Program-made: the position numbers and the translations under genes
Source of the DNA: Cetorhinus maximus
Lineage: Eukaryota
Length of the DNA stretch: 64,000 nucleotides
Assembly: GCF_964194155.1 (NCBI RefSeq)
Contig: NC_135892.1
Location: forward strand, 84,940,001 to 85,004,000
Direction: 5' to 3'
Shown: positions 25,707-36,987 of the stretch, one piece after another
Layout: each line of letters starts with the position of its first letter
Position numbering within the stretch: the first letter of the stretch is position 1
Notes under the pieces: model-generated
What the model was told of the DNA's origin: nothing
The model's input: the letters and a program-made list of their open reading frames with translations, nothing else
Databases searched by the model: none

Positions 25707-27499
25707 GGTCCAATCAAATAAGAGAAATGATTTTGTACTTCTTGAGTTAACACAGAAGGAGGAGAGGTTGCATCAGCTCAGTAAAACCCATTAAAGAAGC
25801 ACCGTGGTTTGAAAAATAGACTCTTATCCCCTTAAGGGTGTTAACCTCTTGCATCCATGGGGTTTTTTGTAATTGTATCCACAGGTCCTTTACAGAATCC
25901 TAAATCTTGTACCTCCACAAATAAATGTTTTCCATGCAGCGCACTATAACTGTCCTCTTGAACTTCTAAAATAGCCTAGTGCTAAAATGCCCTGTATGGT
26001 ATGACACCAGCTGTGCTAGGTCGGGCGCTTACCATTTGTGTTCCTTGAAATGACTGTTTGGACTTCACTGGCATAGAATTCGGGGCACTCTTTCTGGAAG
26101 GCAAGACATCTACAAATACAGATCCTGCCTCAAAAACACTGGGTGGGTGGGTGGGTGGGTGGGGGGTAGTTTTAACCTTACTCCTCGCCTAGAAGACCTA
26201 AATGGAGACTCAGGTGTAAAACCAGCGTTGCATCCAATCTCATCAGTTTCCTGATCTAGGTTAAAATGGGTCACGTAGGTTCCAGAAAAGAGACAAACAT
26301 ATATGAAATTAATGGACGGGAAAAGACTAGTCGGTTCACCAATCCTGCACTACGCCATGATGGTCAGACAATCATACTAAATACTTCTTCCCTCTCTCCA
26401 ACCCACACACCCAAATCTAGGATCAATAGGGGGAAAAAAAGTACCCTGGAACATTCCTCTTTGACCACTGGGGATGATCAAACCCAGCCCAGAAGATCAT
26501 ATAGACCAAAGTGTTAGCCACAAAAGTACTGAATGGAGGGATACAGGACAATTCTCTGTAGAGGTCCTTACAAGGATTTTAAACCAATTTAACAGGAGGG
26601 ATTCGGCAGACACGTATAAACAGTTTAATTCCAGAATCATTTACGTAACTTATTTACTATGACTTAATTCGCGCCGTGTTTAATCTTTCTTGAAATCGTT
26701 TTGGTTATTAACTTTTGCAATGTAGATTTGAAGTCATTTCTATTATTCACAAACATGAATTCTGGAATCATATTTATGGCATCGATTGATAGTCGTAGCT
26801 GAGAAAATGAAGTCCCAAACAGATCTGTAGCATGCAAACAAGGAATTAGGAAATGAAAAGAGGGTTTCACAGTCTTTGTTAATCAGTACTGCACTGAATA
26901 ATCCTCAGATAAATTCAAAACTTTGCACTGTTGGACAGTGAACCTAGTCTTGGAGGCAGTGTGATTGATTGAAATATTAGCCTAGGGTTCCGACCTGGTA
27001 TATACTTGACCAGATGATGGGTAGTTCAAGAAGAGCAGCCAGTTGCCTCTGTATGTAAAATGTGAATGAGCTCATTTTTAAGAAAACACTGGTCATTGGG
27101 AGCTCACCATTGATGATGTGAGAAATAAGGCATTGCTGCATGATTTAAAGCTCTGATGCAGCAAAATGGGTAAACGTAAAGATTGCACTGGTTTAGGGTT
27201 AGAAGAGAGTCAATTTGATGAGACACAGAGGGTGGAATCATCGCAAATTTGCACTAAGTATGATAGTGGGCGTGAAAAAGGACGTTTTCCCGCTGGCCGC
27301 AATGGCGGATTTTCTCACCATATCGTCCCATTCCCAGCGCCTCCCACCTCATCAATAATGCATTCCTGGGAAACACACTGGATCGCTGGCAGGGCGCCCC
27401 CTGATTTACCCGCCCTGCCGTCACCTCAAGCCTTCAGTAGTCCAGGTGCCATATTTAAAGGGCGCCCCTGCACAGAGCGAGCACTCTCTCAGGGATCAG

Positions 27500-29179
27500 A
27501 AGCTGCCAATGGGAGGAAACAGGCTGTCCCCAAATTTAGCCACACCTCCATCAGACGTGTGCTGGATGCATTGGAGGCCCAGCGTGAAGTCCTGTACCCG
27601 CGCTCTGGGCAAAGACCAGCAAGCAAGGTCACCAATCAAGCATGGGAGGCGGTGGCAGTGGTGGTCAGCGCCAACGCCGTGCAAAAGAGGACAGCCACCC
27701 AGTGTTGAGAGCAGACGAATGATCTCCTCCATTCCGCCAGGGTAAGTCACTCTTCTCATAACTCTCCACTCACACACTCAAACCTATCACACATCCACAG
27801 GGATCTCACTCACTGACAGTTCAACGGACATCACCATTCATTCTCTCAAACACACCTTCATCTGCCCTGCAGATCATGTCCTTATCCCATACATGGCACC
27901 ACTCACCACCCACACATGCCAGGCATACTCATCATCTGGTCTGGCAGGCATCCTGCTTACACTCTCTCCATCTCTATTTATGCAGGGCAAGCTGGCACAC
28001 AACAAGAGGGAGAGGTCGCAGACTGGTGGAGGAATGCCCAACATCAATGTCCCCACAGACTTTGAAAATAGAGTTATCCAGCTGGCCCATGACGATCTGG
28101 ACCGTCCCTGTGCTGACGGTGAGGCCTGCACTTCTCAACCAAGTGAGGATCCAGTAGTGCAACATCCATCAGACAACCATGCTGTGAGTGATGTGCCCCA
28201 GTTCCGCAGGCCCCTGCCATGCACTAATTATCTCTCCTTGCTTTCTTAGGCACATCTGGAACCAGCCGAGGGCATCCATAATCCAGGTCCTCGGCTCAAG
28301 AAGAACCTGATGACACCCTAATTGAAGACCTGTCACAGTGCTCATCCACACCCTGCACCAGCGCAGAGGCACACACCTCGCTGGGACCTAGTTCTAGAGC
28401 AGCCTCGGGGTCACAAACCGGTAAGCACATTGCAGTCTTATCTACAGTAAGCAGCAGCAGGAACTTTCCAGGTTTTCGGCACTCGGAGGACAGCTGGAGG
28501 CCAGAAGCCTGCTGAGTCCAAGGTAGATGAGGAGCCTCTGAACTCCGTCATACCTCAGTTGCTGGATCTGCAAAGGCAAGCTCGGGAACATCAGGAAGGG
28601 ATGTCTGCTGCGCTCCTCAGATTGCAAGGCATGATGGAGGAGTCTGTCTGCCTTCACTCTGAGGTGATAGCGCCAGTGTGCCAATGCACTGAGGTCAACA
28701 CTGGTAGGATGGCGGCTGCCATGGTGACCTGCACTGCTGCGTAGGCTGAACTCTATTGCTGACACCATAGTTGGCCTCCAGCATTGTCAATGCAAGAGGG
28801 GTGCAGGGCAGCTTGATCTCACTCCTGCTTTCCCTTCTCCTCAAGAAGTGAGGGAGGGGTCCTCGGGCACCCATAGGGAGGAGGTTCAGCAGGTTCACAC
28901 ACCGGGGCCATCCACCTCCGGGAGTGTCCAGCCCAACGATTCCGCTCTTCCTGTGACCCCAGCAGCTCCAGCTCCACAGGCCGAGGAGGGTGCCACTGCC
29001 ACACAGCAGGACCCCAAAAGCAGGCCGGGACCCTCCAGTTCTCAGCCCTCCAGAGGACACCCATCAAGGTCAGCACAGACAGTAGGATGTAGCAGTCAGC
29101 AGGCAGCCTCCACCTCCGCTGTGGATGTCAGGGAGCACCAAGGCACAATGGCAGGGTTAGAAAGGTTAAGAAGATGTAG
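27500..29179 (+). pseudogene. Harbinger Myb/SANT-like DNA-binding protein, 3 exons (to 27741; 27986-28142; 28250-29179)
   Basis: PKFSH..LDALEAQREVLYP..AWEAVAVVVSANAVQKRTATQC*; donor AGG|GTAAGT; acceptor TTTATGCAG|; exon 2 KLAHNKRERSQTGGG; donor AA|GTGAG; acceptor CTTTCTTAG|; upstream ATTTAAA box and downstream AATAAA (~29233); stops and frameshifts. Confidence 0.85.
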
Positions 29180-29873
29180 TTGCACAGCTTGGCCATGGGT
29201 GTTAATCACTTGTACATAATGTTCACTATTGTAAATAAATGCCCAAGAATGTCTCCCTGCCTGTGGCTCCTTGTTATGATGAGCAGTGTTTGTGTCACTC
29301 AGATGTGAAACCTTGGTTTCTGCACAAGATAAAGGCAGGTGTCTCAGTCCAGGGCCTCTTCCCTGTGCAGTGTGTAACCTTCAGACCAAAGTGATGATCC
29401 AGTTTCACACTCACTGGACACATCAGTGATTCCTGCCCCTCGATGGTGCTTGTCATTGCTGCCAGAATGTCGTGGGCAGGTGTCACAGAGTTCCGTCATT
29501 CTCTCTGTGTGCTCTCGGCACCTTTAAAGTGGGGCTGGCCCCCATCTCTTCAGCATCTGTGATCGGTGACCAGCTGTGCTCCTGAAGGGGTCAGTTGCTA
29601 AAGGCTGACAAAGGATCCATGATATGACCCTGATCATGGTGTGCAAGCAAGCTGCCCGCAGCCAGACAGGATTCAGACATTCACAGAGGCAATGTGAAGA
29701 TTTTTGGATTGTCCTCACTGCATGTCATGATCATCCTCCTGAAATCAAGTGACTATTAGAGCCTCCACTACGTCTCCGTGACATGAGCCCAAGCACTGAG
29801 GGTATGTGCGCTGCTATCAGCCACACAGGAGTCAAACATTCACAGATGCAAGATAAGGATATCAGGCCTGACC

Positions 29874-31085
29874 TCATTGCATCTCGTCATCATCCTCCAT
29901 GAATCTTGCGGCTATGAGGGCCTCCCGAGTGCACCTGCCTCGTCTGGCAGTCTCATTGACGACATCAACTTCATTACCATCATCCCCTTCAATGGCCTGC
30001 TCATTGGAGGAGATGTGCAGCTCTTCCATCTCCTCCTTAGCCAGGTACTCTCCCCTGTTGCAGAGCCAGGTTGTGGAGTGTGCAGCAAGCAATGATGATG
30101 CACAACACCCTCGGTGGATTGTATTGCAGTGCTACACTGGACCTGTCAAAGCATCAGAACTTCCTGTTCAAAATGCCTATTGTTTGCTCCACCAAAGTGC
30201 AGGTCATGACATGAGCCTCGTTATACCTTCGCTCTGCTGCGTCCGAGGCCACCATACAGGCTTCATCAGCTCTATCCCCTACCCTTGTCCCCGAGGAGCC
30301 AACCCTGCAGCCTCTCTGGACCCTGGAAGACATCAGGGATCTGAGACCTGTTAAGGATGTAGGAGTTGTGAACACTCCCTGGGAATCTTGCGCAGACCTG
30401 TAGAATGCGTTTATGGTGGTCACACGCCAGCTGAACATTCAGCGAGTGGAAGCCCTTGTGGTTGACATGGTTGACTGCTTGTTGCCATGGAGATCTAAGT
30501 GCCATGTAAGTGCAGTCAATGGCACCCTGCACCTGTGGAAAACCAGAGATCCGCGCAAATCCCAACGCTCTTGCTTCCTGGTTTTCCTGATCCTGGGCAA
30601 AAATGCACGAAGTTCTGTGCATTCGCAAAGATGGCATCTGTGACCTCCTGGATACACTTGTGGGTGGAGGCTTGCGAGATCCTGCACAGGTCACTTGTGG
30701 AGCCCTGGAAGGAGCCATTGGCCTAAAAATTGAGTGCCATAGTCACTTTCATGGCCACTGGCAGAGGATGCCCTCCATGACCCCGTGGCGCCAAATCCTG
30801 AAGCAGGTGGCATATGTGACCGTCCAGTTCCCTAGACATGCGTGGTCTTTGGCAACACTGGTTCTCGGTCATCTGCAGAAATGACAAGCACCGTCTATAG
30901 ATCCTGGTGGTGTTCCTACGAGCGGCGACTCTCTGTGAATCTTCAGTTGCGTGCTCAGCAGGCCCTGCCACCCCTCTATCTTGAGGGAAGTGCCCCTCCC
31001 TTTGCCGAGTCTGGCACCTCCACCACATTCTTCTTTTCTTGTCTCTGTAAGCCATGAGGCTTACCGCTAAATCACCAGGCTCCAT
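29874..31085 (-). pseudogene. Harbinger DDE transposase (HARBI1-like), frameshifted
   Basis: MEPGDLA start; motifs GFPQVQGAIDCT, KGFHSLNVQLACD, ARFPGSVHNS, WLLGDKG, YNEAH..T..LVEQTIGIL; acidic C-terminus ...FMEDDDEMQ*. Confidence 0.92.
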
Positions 31086-31103
31086 GATCCTGATGCTCTC
31101 CTC

Positions 31104-31992
31104 CTGCAGGATGAAAGAGAGCGACACGCGGGTTAGCATTCGTGTCCTAAGAACTCTCTTGGTTAAGCCTGGAGGCCACTACACGTATGCAGGAGAGTGC
31201 TGGCCATCATTTGGATGGCCAGTGTGTACTGTGCTGATTGGCTGCCTGAAACCCTACCCACCTCCGTCCCGCTCCACTGGACCAATTGGCAGCAGCTTCA
31301 GCCACTGGACTGTAAGATGTGCTCTCAGCTCGGGTGCAGGCATTCTCCTATCCCGCATTGCAAGCCTGTGCTGTAAGCCTGAACCATTAGGGATACTGGT
31401 CCAAACCTGAATAAAGACATTGCAATGGTCTGTGAACACCTCCACCAGTGACTGCGCCATGGCCTCCTTTCGCAAGGGGATTCTACAACTTGCCCAGTCG
31501 GCCAATTGTTCTGCTGCCCCCTAAAATGTACATTAATCTGCAGTCTGCACCTGAGGGTTAAAGGATCTGGAGCAGTTGGTGGCACTTTCATGCTTTTGCG
31601 TTGCTTGAGTGGACAGAAAAGCATCAAAGGCCTGACTCCAAGCATGTCACTGGAACTGCAGCTGAACAGTCTCAGCTGCGGAAGAATGCTCACTTTCGAC
31701 AAGCTTTTCCAAGTGTGTGGCCACTTCCCTCCCTCTCCCCCAAACCCTTTCCCCACCACCACCCCGCCCCCAGCATGTGCTTGTGTACTTCCGTCAGCCT
31801 GTGCTGCCTTGTCCCCCACCTGCACCCCTCGCCCCAGCCTGACCCACACTGAAGCCCTTGCCCCGGCAATAAATTGATATCCAGCCAGCAAAAAGCAGGT
31901 TGTCTGTACCAGCGCCTCCCTCGCCTGAACGTGCTTCCTCGATGCCCTACGGGCGAGGCTTGTGAGCACTGCGCAGGTTTGTGTGCACTCAC
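31104..31992 (-). other. Predicted 5'-UTR intron of the transposase gene
   Basis: Donor GAG|GTGAGT at 31993/31992 about 40 nt downstream of a TTTAAAA box; branch point GCTAAC plus pyrimidine tract and CAG acceptor at 31104, conserved in the second copy (53094). Confidence 0.65.
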
Positions 31993-32454
31993 CTCCAAGC
32001 TGCCCTCAAAATTCAGCTCGCCAGGTGCATGCCTTTTAAAGGCAGTCGTGAAGCACACTGTTTTGAAGTCATGCCAACGTAGAGGTAAATTTGACATGGG
32101 GAGTAATTCTGGCGAGCAGGGCTTATAGTGAGATGCTAAAGTATTGAAATTAGGTACCACTTGTGCGGCGGTGGGATACATGACCCGCTAATGGCGGGTG
32201 GAGCAGACAATTGAAAACTGGTTTCACAACGACATAAATGGTTTTTTGGCCTTCTCGCCATATTTTCCCTTTCCCCGTCCGCCATGACACCCAACGCCAA
32301 CGGGACTGGACGATTCCACCCAGAGTGTGGACAAATTGGAGTGGTGTTAAATTTGATGTGGGAACTTGCTGCCTTGAGGATCAAGTTGCTTTCCATACTT
32401 TCTCAAGGACTGTTGCTATAGAAACCTGGGGTTTCATATGAAGATGGATTTTTC

Positions 32455-32985
32455 TTTCTTTTTTGTGCATCCCTGATATGTGGGCACCACTGACAAGAAA
32501 CTCATTTATTGCCCATCCCTAATTGCTCTTGAGAAGGTGGTAGTGAGCTACCTTCTGGAACTGCTGCAGTCCATGTGGTGTAGGTACACCCATAGGGGTA
32601 TTAGGGAGGGATTTCCAGGACTTCGACCCAGCAGTGATGAAGGGACAATGATATATTTCCAAGTCAGGATGGTGTGCAACTTGGAGGGGAAGTTTCACGT
32701 GGTGGTGTTCCCATGCGCCTGCTGCCCTTGTTAGTCTATGTGGTAGAGGTCGCAGTTTTGTAAAAGTGCTGTTGAAGGAGTTTTGGTGAGTTGTTTCAAT
32801 GCATCTTTTAGACGGTGCACACTGTTGCCACTGTGCGCTGGTGGTGGAGGCAATGAATGTTTATGTTGGTGGATGGGGTGTTGTCTAAGTGGGTTGCTTT
32901 TTCCTGGATGGTATAGAACTTCCTGAGAGTTGTTGGAACTGCGCTCATCCAGACAAGTGGAGAGTATTTCATCACAATCTTCTAG
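32455..32985 (-). mobile_element. HER1 LINE 3' fragment
   Basis: Collinear with 20522-21010 (ATTGCCCATCCCTAATTG, ATATTTCCAAGTCAGGATGG). Confidence 0.85.
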
Positions 32986-34253
32986 TTTCATTTAAGTATG
33001 TACGGAACTGTGAAGCAGAGCCATACTGATCTCAATTCCAAGCTATTGCATCTCATTTTCCTATTGTTAGATTGACTGGCTATCTATGAAGAAGTTGGTG
33101 GTGGGCCTTTTTCTTGTGACCCCCTCAGACTATAGAGCCTGAGAAGTTTTCTCAGGGTCTGCTACTGTGTTTCTACCCTGTTTCCCCATGCATGTCTCTG
33201 CCAAAAGTTGGGCCTTTGTCAGAGTCATAAACATGATTTGGGTCACCAAAATTGAGTGCAATTTGGCCTTGACAAATACATCGTGCTTCAGGTAAAAATA
33301 GCCAATGGGGCAGGGAAGCCAGGAAAATCTGACCACAAGCCTTATTTTATTAATGCTTTATTTCCTTGCCTTTTTCTCTAAACTCTGCTGTATGTCAAAT
33401 GTGTAAATTGTTTCTTGTACTCAATTCATTGCATTGTAGAACTGAAATGCATTATTAAACCCTTGTTATCAACTGCCTTAACATCCACACAATCAAATCA
33501 TTACAGTGAGAAGCCAAATGGTTTAATCAGGAACCAAAATGAAGGGTGGGTTAGGGGAGACATTTTATTTTATTCTATCCATGTGAGTAAGTTTTTGATA
33601 ATTCTATCAGAAATCTGTATGCCAGATCCCATGCACTTCTACGCATACCTGTGTAGTTGGTTGCTGTAGTATCAGTACCCATAACAATAAACCACTCAAA
33701 CCCTCAGCGGAAACCAGCCACTGACTGGCAGTGCTAAAGTGTGGTATCGTTGAGGTTGGTATCTGGTTGTGGATTGAGGGTAGCTAAAAAAACCATTGAA
33801 CAGTGAATACTGGCTGGGTTTCCTCATAGCAGTCTAATACTGACTCATAAGGGATAGCCTTTTCACTCTGCACTGCATCTGTGCCAACCAGGACTGTACA
33901 TCAGAAAGTCTAGCGTGTACTGTTCATCGTTTTCTTACTGTTTAAACCATAATGGAAAAATCATTTCTGATATGTGCTCACAGGAGATGAACCCCTGCTT
34001 CCCCCCTTCAGCCCCTCATGAATTGGGAGTACAAAATCAGAATCTGACCCATTGTGATTCCATATCAAGCTCTATTATCGTTTTGAGGTAGTATTTGTTG
34101 GCCACAACCTTTAAGACTGCAGTTTACTTCTTTTCAGAACTACATATAACATAAGCCAATCAATGTTCTTCAAATGTCTTCAGGTTGAACATGTTAAGGT
34201 AGAAATTCCATGGAATCTTGGGCCTTTGGAAATTTACTAGGTGTAGTATCTAT

Positions 34254-34333
34254 GGGCAGAAACTTTCTCTTGGCGGCCGAGCGTGTGCCCGACCCGAAGG
34301 AGCGTAAAATGACGTGCGATGATGTCGGGTGAG
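34254..34333 (+). mobile_element. Harbinger MITE 5' stub
   Basis: GGGCAGAAACTT...GAGCGTAAAATGACGTGCGATGATGTCGGG, same as the starts of 58417 and 61434. Confidence 0.75.
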
Positions 34334-36000
34334 TGTCATTAAATTTCTTAGATTCCTCGTTGGTATGTGCTCGACAGATCAGAGACTGGGCAAGCTGGGA
34401 CCCAATCCTGTCTCAGGTACGAGAACAAGTGCTACATGGTTGGTCACAGGAGCCCGTATCTGACGAAATGAAACCGTCCTTCAACAGGAGACATGAAATA
34501 ACCAGTCAGGGTGGCATCTTGTTGTGGGGGAGCATGAGTGATAGTTCCTTCAAAAGGAAGGATGCCACTTTTAATTGCACTACACAGTGCCCATCCAGGA
34601 ATTCCCCGAATGATGACCATAGCACACAGCTACCTATAGTGGCCTGGGATGGATGGCGAAATAGAGAGTCTAGTGAAGCACTGTGTGCAATGTCAGCAAC
34701 TGCAAAAGTTGCCAGTGACAGCTCCATTACACCCATGGCAGTAGCCAGGTAGACCCTGGGTGTGGTTACACATTGACTGGCTGGACCTTTCCTGGGAACA
34801 ATGTTTCTGCTCTTTGTCAATGCCCATTGGTTGGACGTATATGAGGTGAAGTCACGACTGTTGGCTGCTACAATTGAGAAACGATGTCAGAGTTTTGCCA
34901 TTCACGGGCTACCAGAAGTAGTCATTTCCGATAACAGCACCGCATTTACGAGTGCTGAGTTTCAATGGCTTATCAGCCTCAACGGTATCACTCATGAAAG
35001 CTGCACTATATCATCCTTCCTCAAATGGACTGACCGGAAGGGCGTTTCAAACGTTCAAGGCAGGCATGAAAAAGCTAATGGGCAATTCCTTGGCAACCAA
35101 GCTAGCGCGCTTTCTTTTTCATTATAGGACTAACCCTCACACAACAACAGGTGTCACACCTGCGGAGTTATTGTTGAAATGCCTTCTCAGGACAAGATTG
35201 AGCTTAATAATGCTGAATTTAGAGGGGGAGGTGGAAAGGAGTCAGGGAAGCCATTTACCGTAGGAGAGCCGGTATATGTGAAAAACTTTGGGGAAGGACC
35301 AAAGTGGTTCCCAGATGAAATAAGTGTGGTGGCTGGACCTCTATCTTACCACGTGGAGATGGAAGGCTGGATCATCTGTAAACATGTGGACCATTTAAGG
35401 AAGAGAGAGTTAAACCACCAAGATTTGGTCCCACCTATGATCATGACTAAGTCTGCGTTTCCTGTTGAGGATACTCAAACCAGGACTGACATGTCTGATG
35501 ATCCTGTAAATTGAGGAAACAGAGATGCAAGTGCTGACCGAAGCACCTGATGCTCAGACAACTCCGGAAAAGGAGGTTCCTGACAAAGAATTTGAAGTTG
35601 TGGAGCTGTGACATTCCATATGTACCAGGAAACCACCTGAAAGACTGGACTTGTAAATTCCTTACCCAGTGTAAATATTATGTGTCTTGAAAAAATATGT
35701 ACTTGTAAATATAATATGTATAGCCGAGTTAAAGGGGGAGGAATGTAGTAACTCCGGTTTTATTTAGTATGCAATGTACCTTTAAGAATAATACTTGTCG
35801 GGCAAGATCACATGATCTGTAGTAACCAATAGGAGAATAGAGCGGGCTACCTTAGCAGTCAGTGTAGAGATAGAGTTGGAGTTGAAAGCACATGTGTAGT
35901 TGCTGTTGAGAATATTTTAAATAAGCTTAATGTTTCCACCCAAGAAGTATCTACAGATCAACCCTATAATTTTTGTAGCACAGCTCGGCCATCTACAATA
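34334..36000 (+). mobile_element. Gypsy LTR retrotransposon 3' remnant (integrase, PPT, LTR)
   Basis: DPILSQVREQVLHGW, FAIHGLPEVVISDN..FTSAEF, YHPSSNGL, YRTNPHTTTGVTPAELL, FTVGEPVYVKNF; PPT AAAGGGGGAGGAA at 35731-35743; LTR from TGTAG at 35744. Confidence 0.9.
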
Positions 36001-36191
36001 CTAGGTCTGCAAGCTATTCATGGCACAGTTTCCTGAAACCTCACCCCTACCGCTAGCATATTTTGTTCTTACGTGTATTAAGTATTTAAATTAGTTAATT
36101 GTTATTCAGGGGTGTGTCATTTAGCAAGTCATCTGTCACCTTTGTATGAGGACTAAAGCAGCAGATATCAGCCTTGCCTAATAATAATCTA

Positions 36192-36987
36192 TGGCTGGAT
36201 TTTATGCCCCCTCCCTGCTCCAACCATGTGTGTTTTCGGCATGAGGGCACGTAAAATGCAGAGAGTGGCAAGCCCACCACCCCCTCGCCACCCCAGAGCT
36301 GCCCCCTATAATAAGCAAGATGCCGGAATTAGCAGCTCACCCACCGTACGTAAATAAACAATTAGGGGTCAATTGAGCTTGTTAACAAGCCAATTAACCC
36401 CAATATTATGCTGCCCAAGCCATAAAGCAATTGGCGGGGGAGGCAGGTGGGAGTGGGCAACCCGTTCTTTCACAAAGGTTTTTAAAAGGGTGGGAAGGAA
36501 ACAAGGTACTTTCTTTGGGGTGGTGCCCTTTGCACAATGGGGGCACCCCCCCCAAAATTAGCACTCCTCTTTCCTCCCCACCTGCACTGCAAAATGCACA
36601 CCACTACCCCCCTTGCCCCCGCCCCCGCCTCCCCCTCAAGGTGCCCGATTCTTCCCGACCCAACTCATCTGACTTACCTGAATCTAGAATCCATTGGGCC
36701 TTCATCCTGTCCTGGCAGCATCCACTCTGAGCGCTGGCGTTGCCAGGACTGCAAAAGCTGATGGCCAATCAGATTGGCAGCTCCCAAGGGCGGGACGCCC
36801 TCCCTGTGAGGGGCAGAAGTCCCACACTGTCCTTGTTTCCACCTACAGCATTTTATTGCAATGGGTGGGCTTTCTCTTTGTCGGTTGGTTTACAATCGAC
36901 TTTTTAGTCAGGGCAGGGGGGGGGGGGAGGTGGGGGGGGTTGCCGAACAGTGTACCCTGCCCACCCCCGCCTTGTAAAATCTAGACC
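36192..36987. mobile_element. Harbinger MITE
   Basis: TIRs TGGCTGGATTTTAT / GTAAAATCTAGACC; CTA TSD on both sides. Confidence 0.8.

Larger units (their letters stand above)
27230..32321. mobile_element. Full-length PIF/Harbinger DNA transposon (decayed autonomous copy)
   Basis: TIRs GGGTGGAATCATC / GACGATTCCACCC (12/13 match); AGA TSD (27227-27229, 32322-32324); convergent Myb/SANT and DDE transposase genes. Confidence 0.95.

Noticed and set aside
29874-31085. Domesticated host HARBI1 gene
   Set aside because: It has multiple frameshifts, lies between TIRs with a TSD, and has a second copy in the same window.
31325-31969. 214-aa minus-strand ORF as an N-terminal transposase extension
   Set aside because: No ATG start or recognisable domain, only partly open in the second copy, and differences between copies are mostly non-synonymous in this frame.
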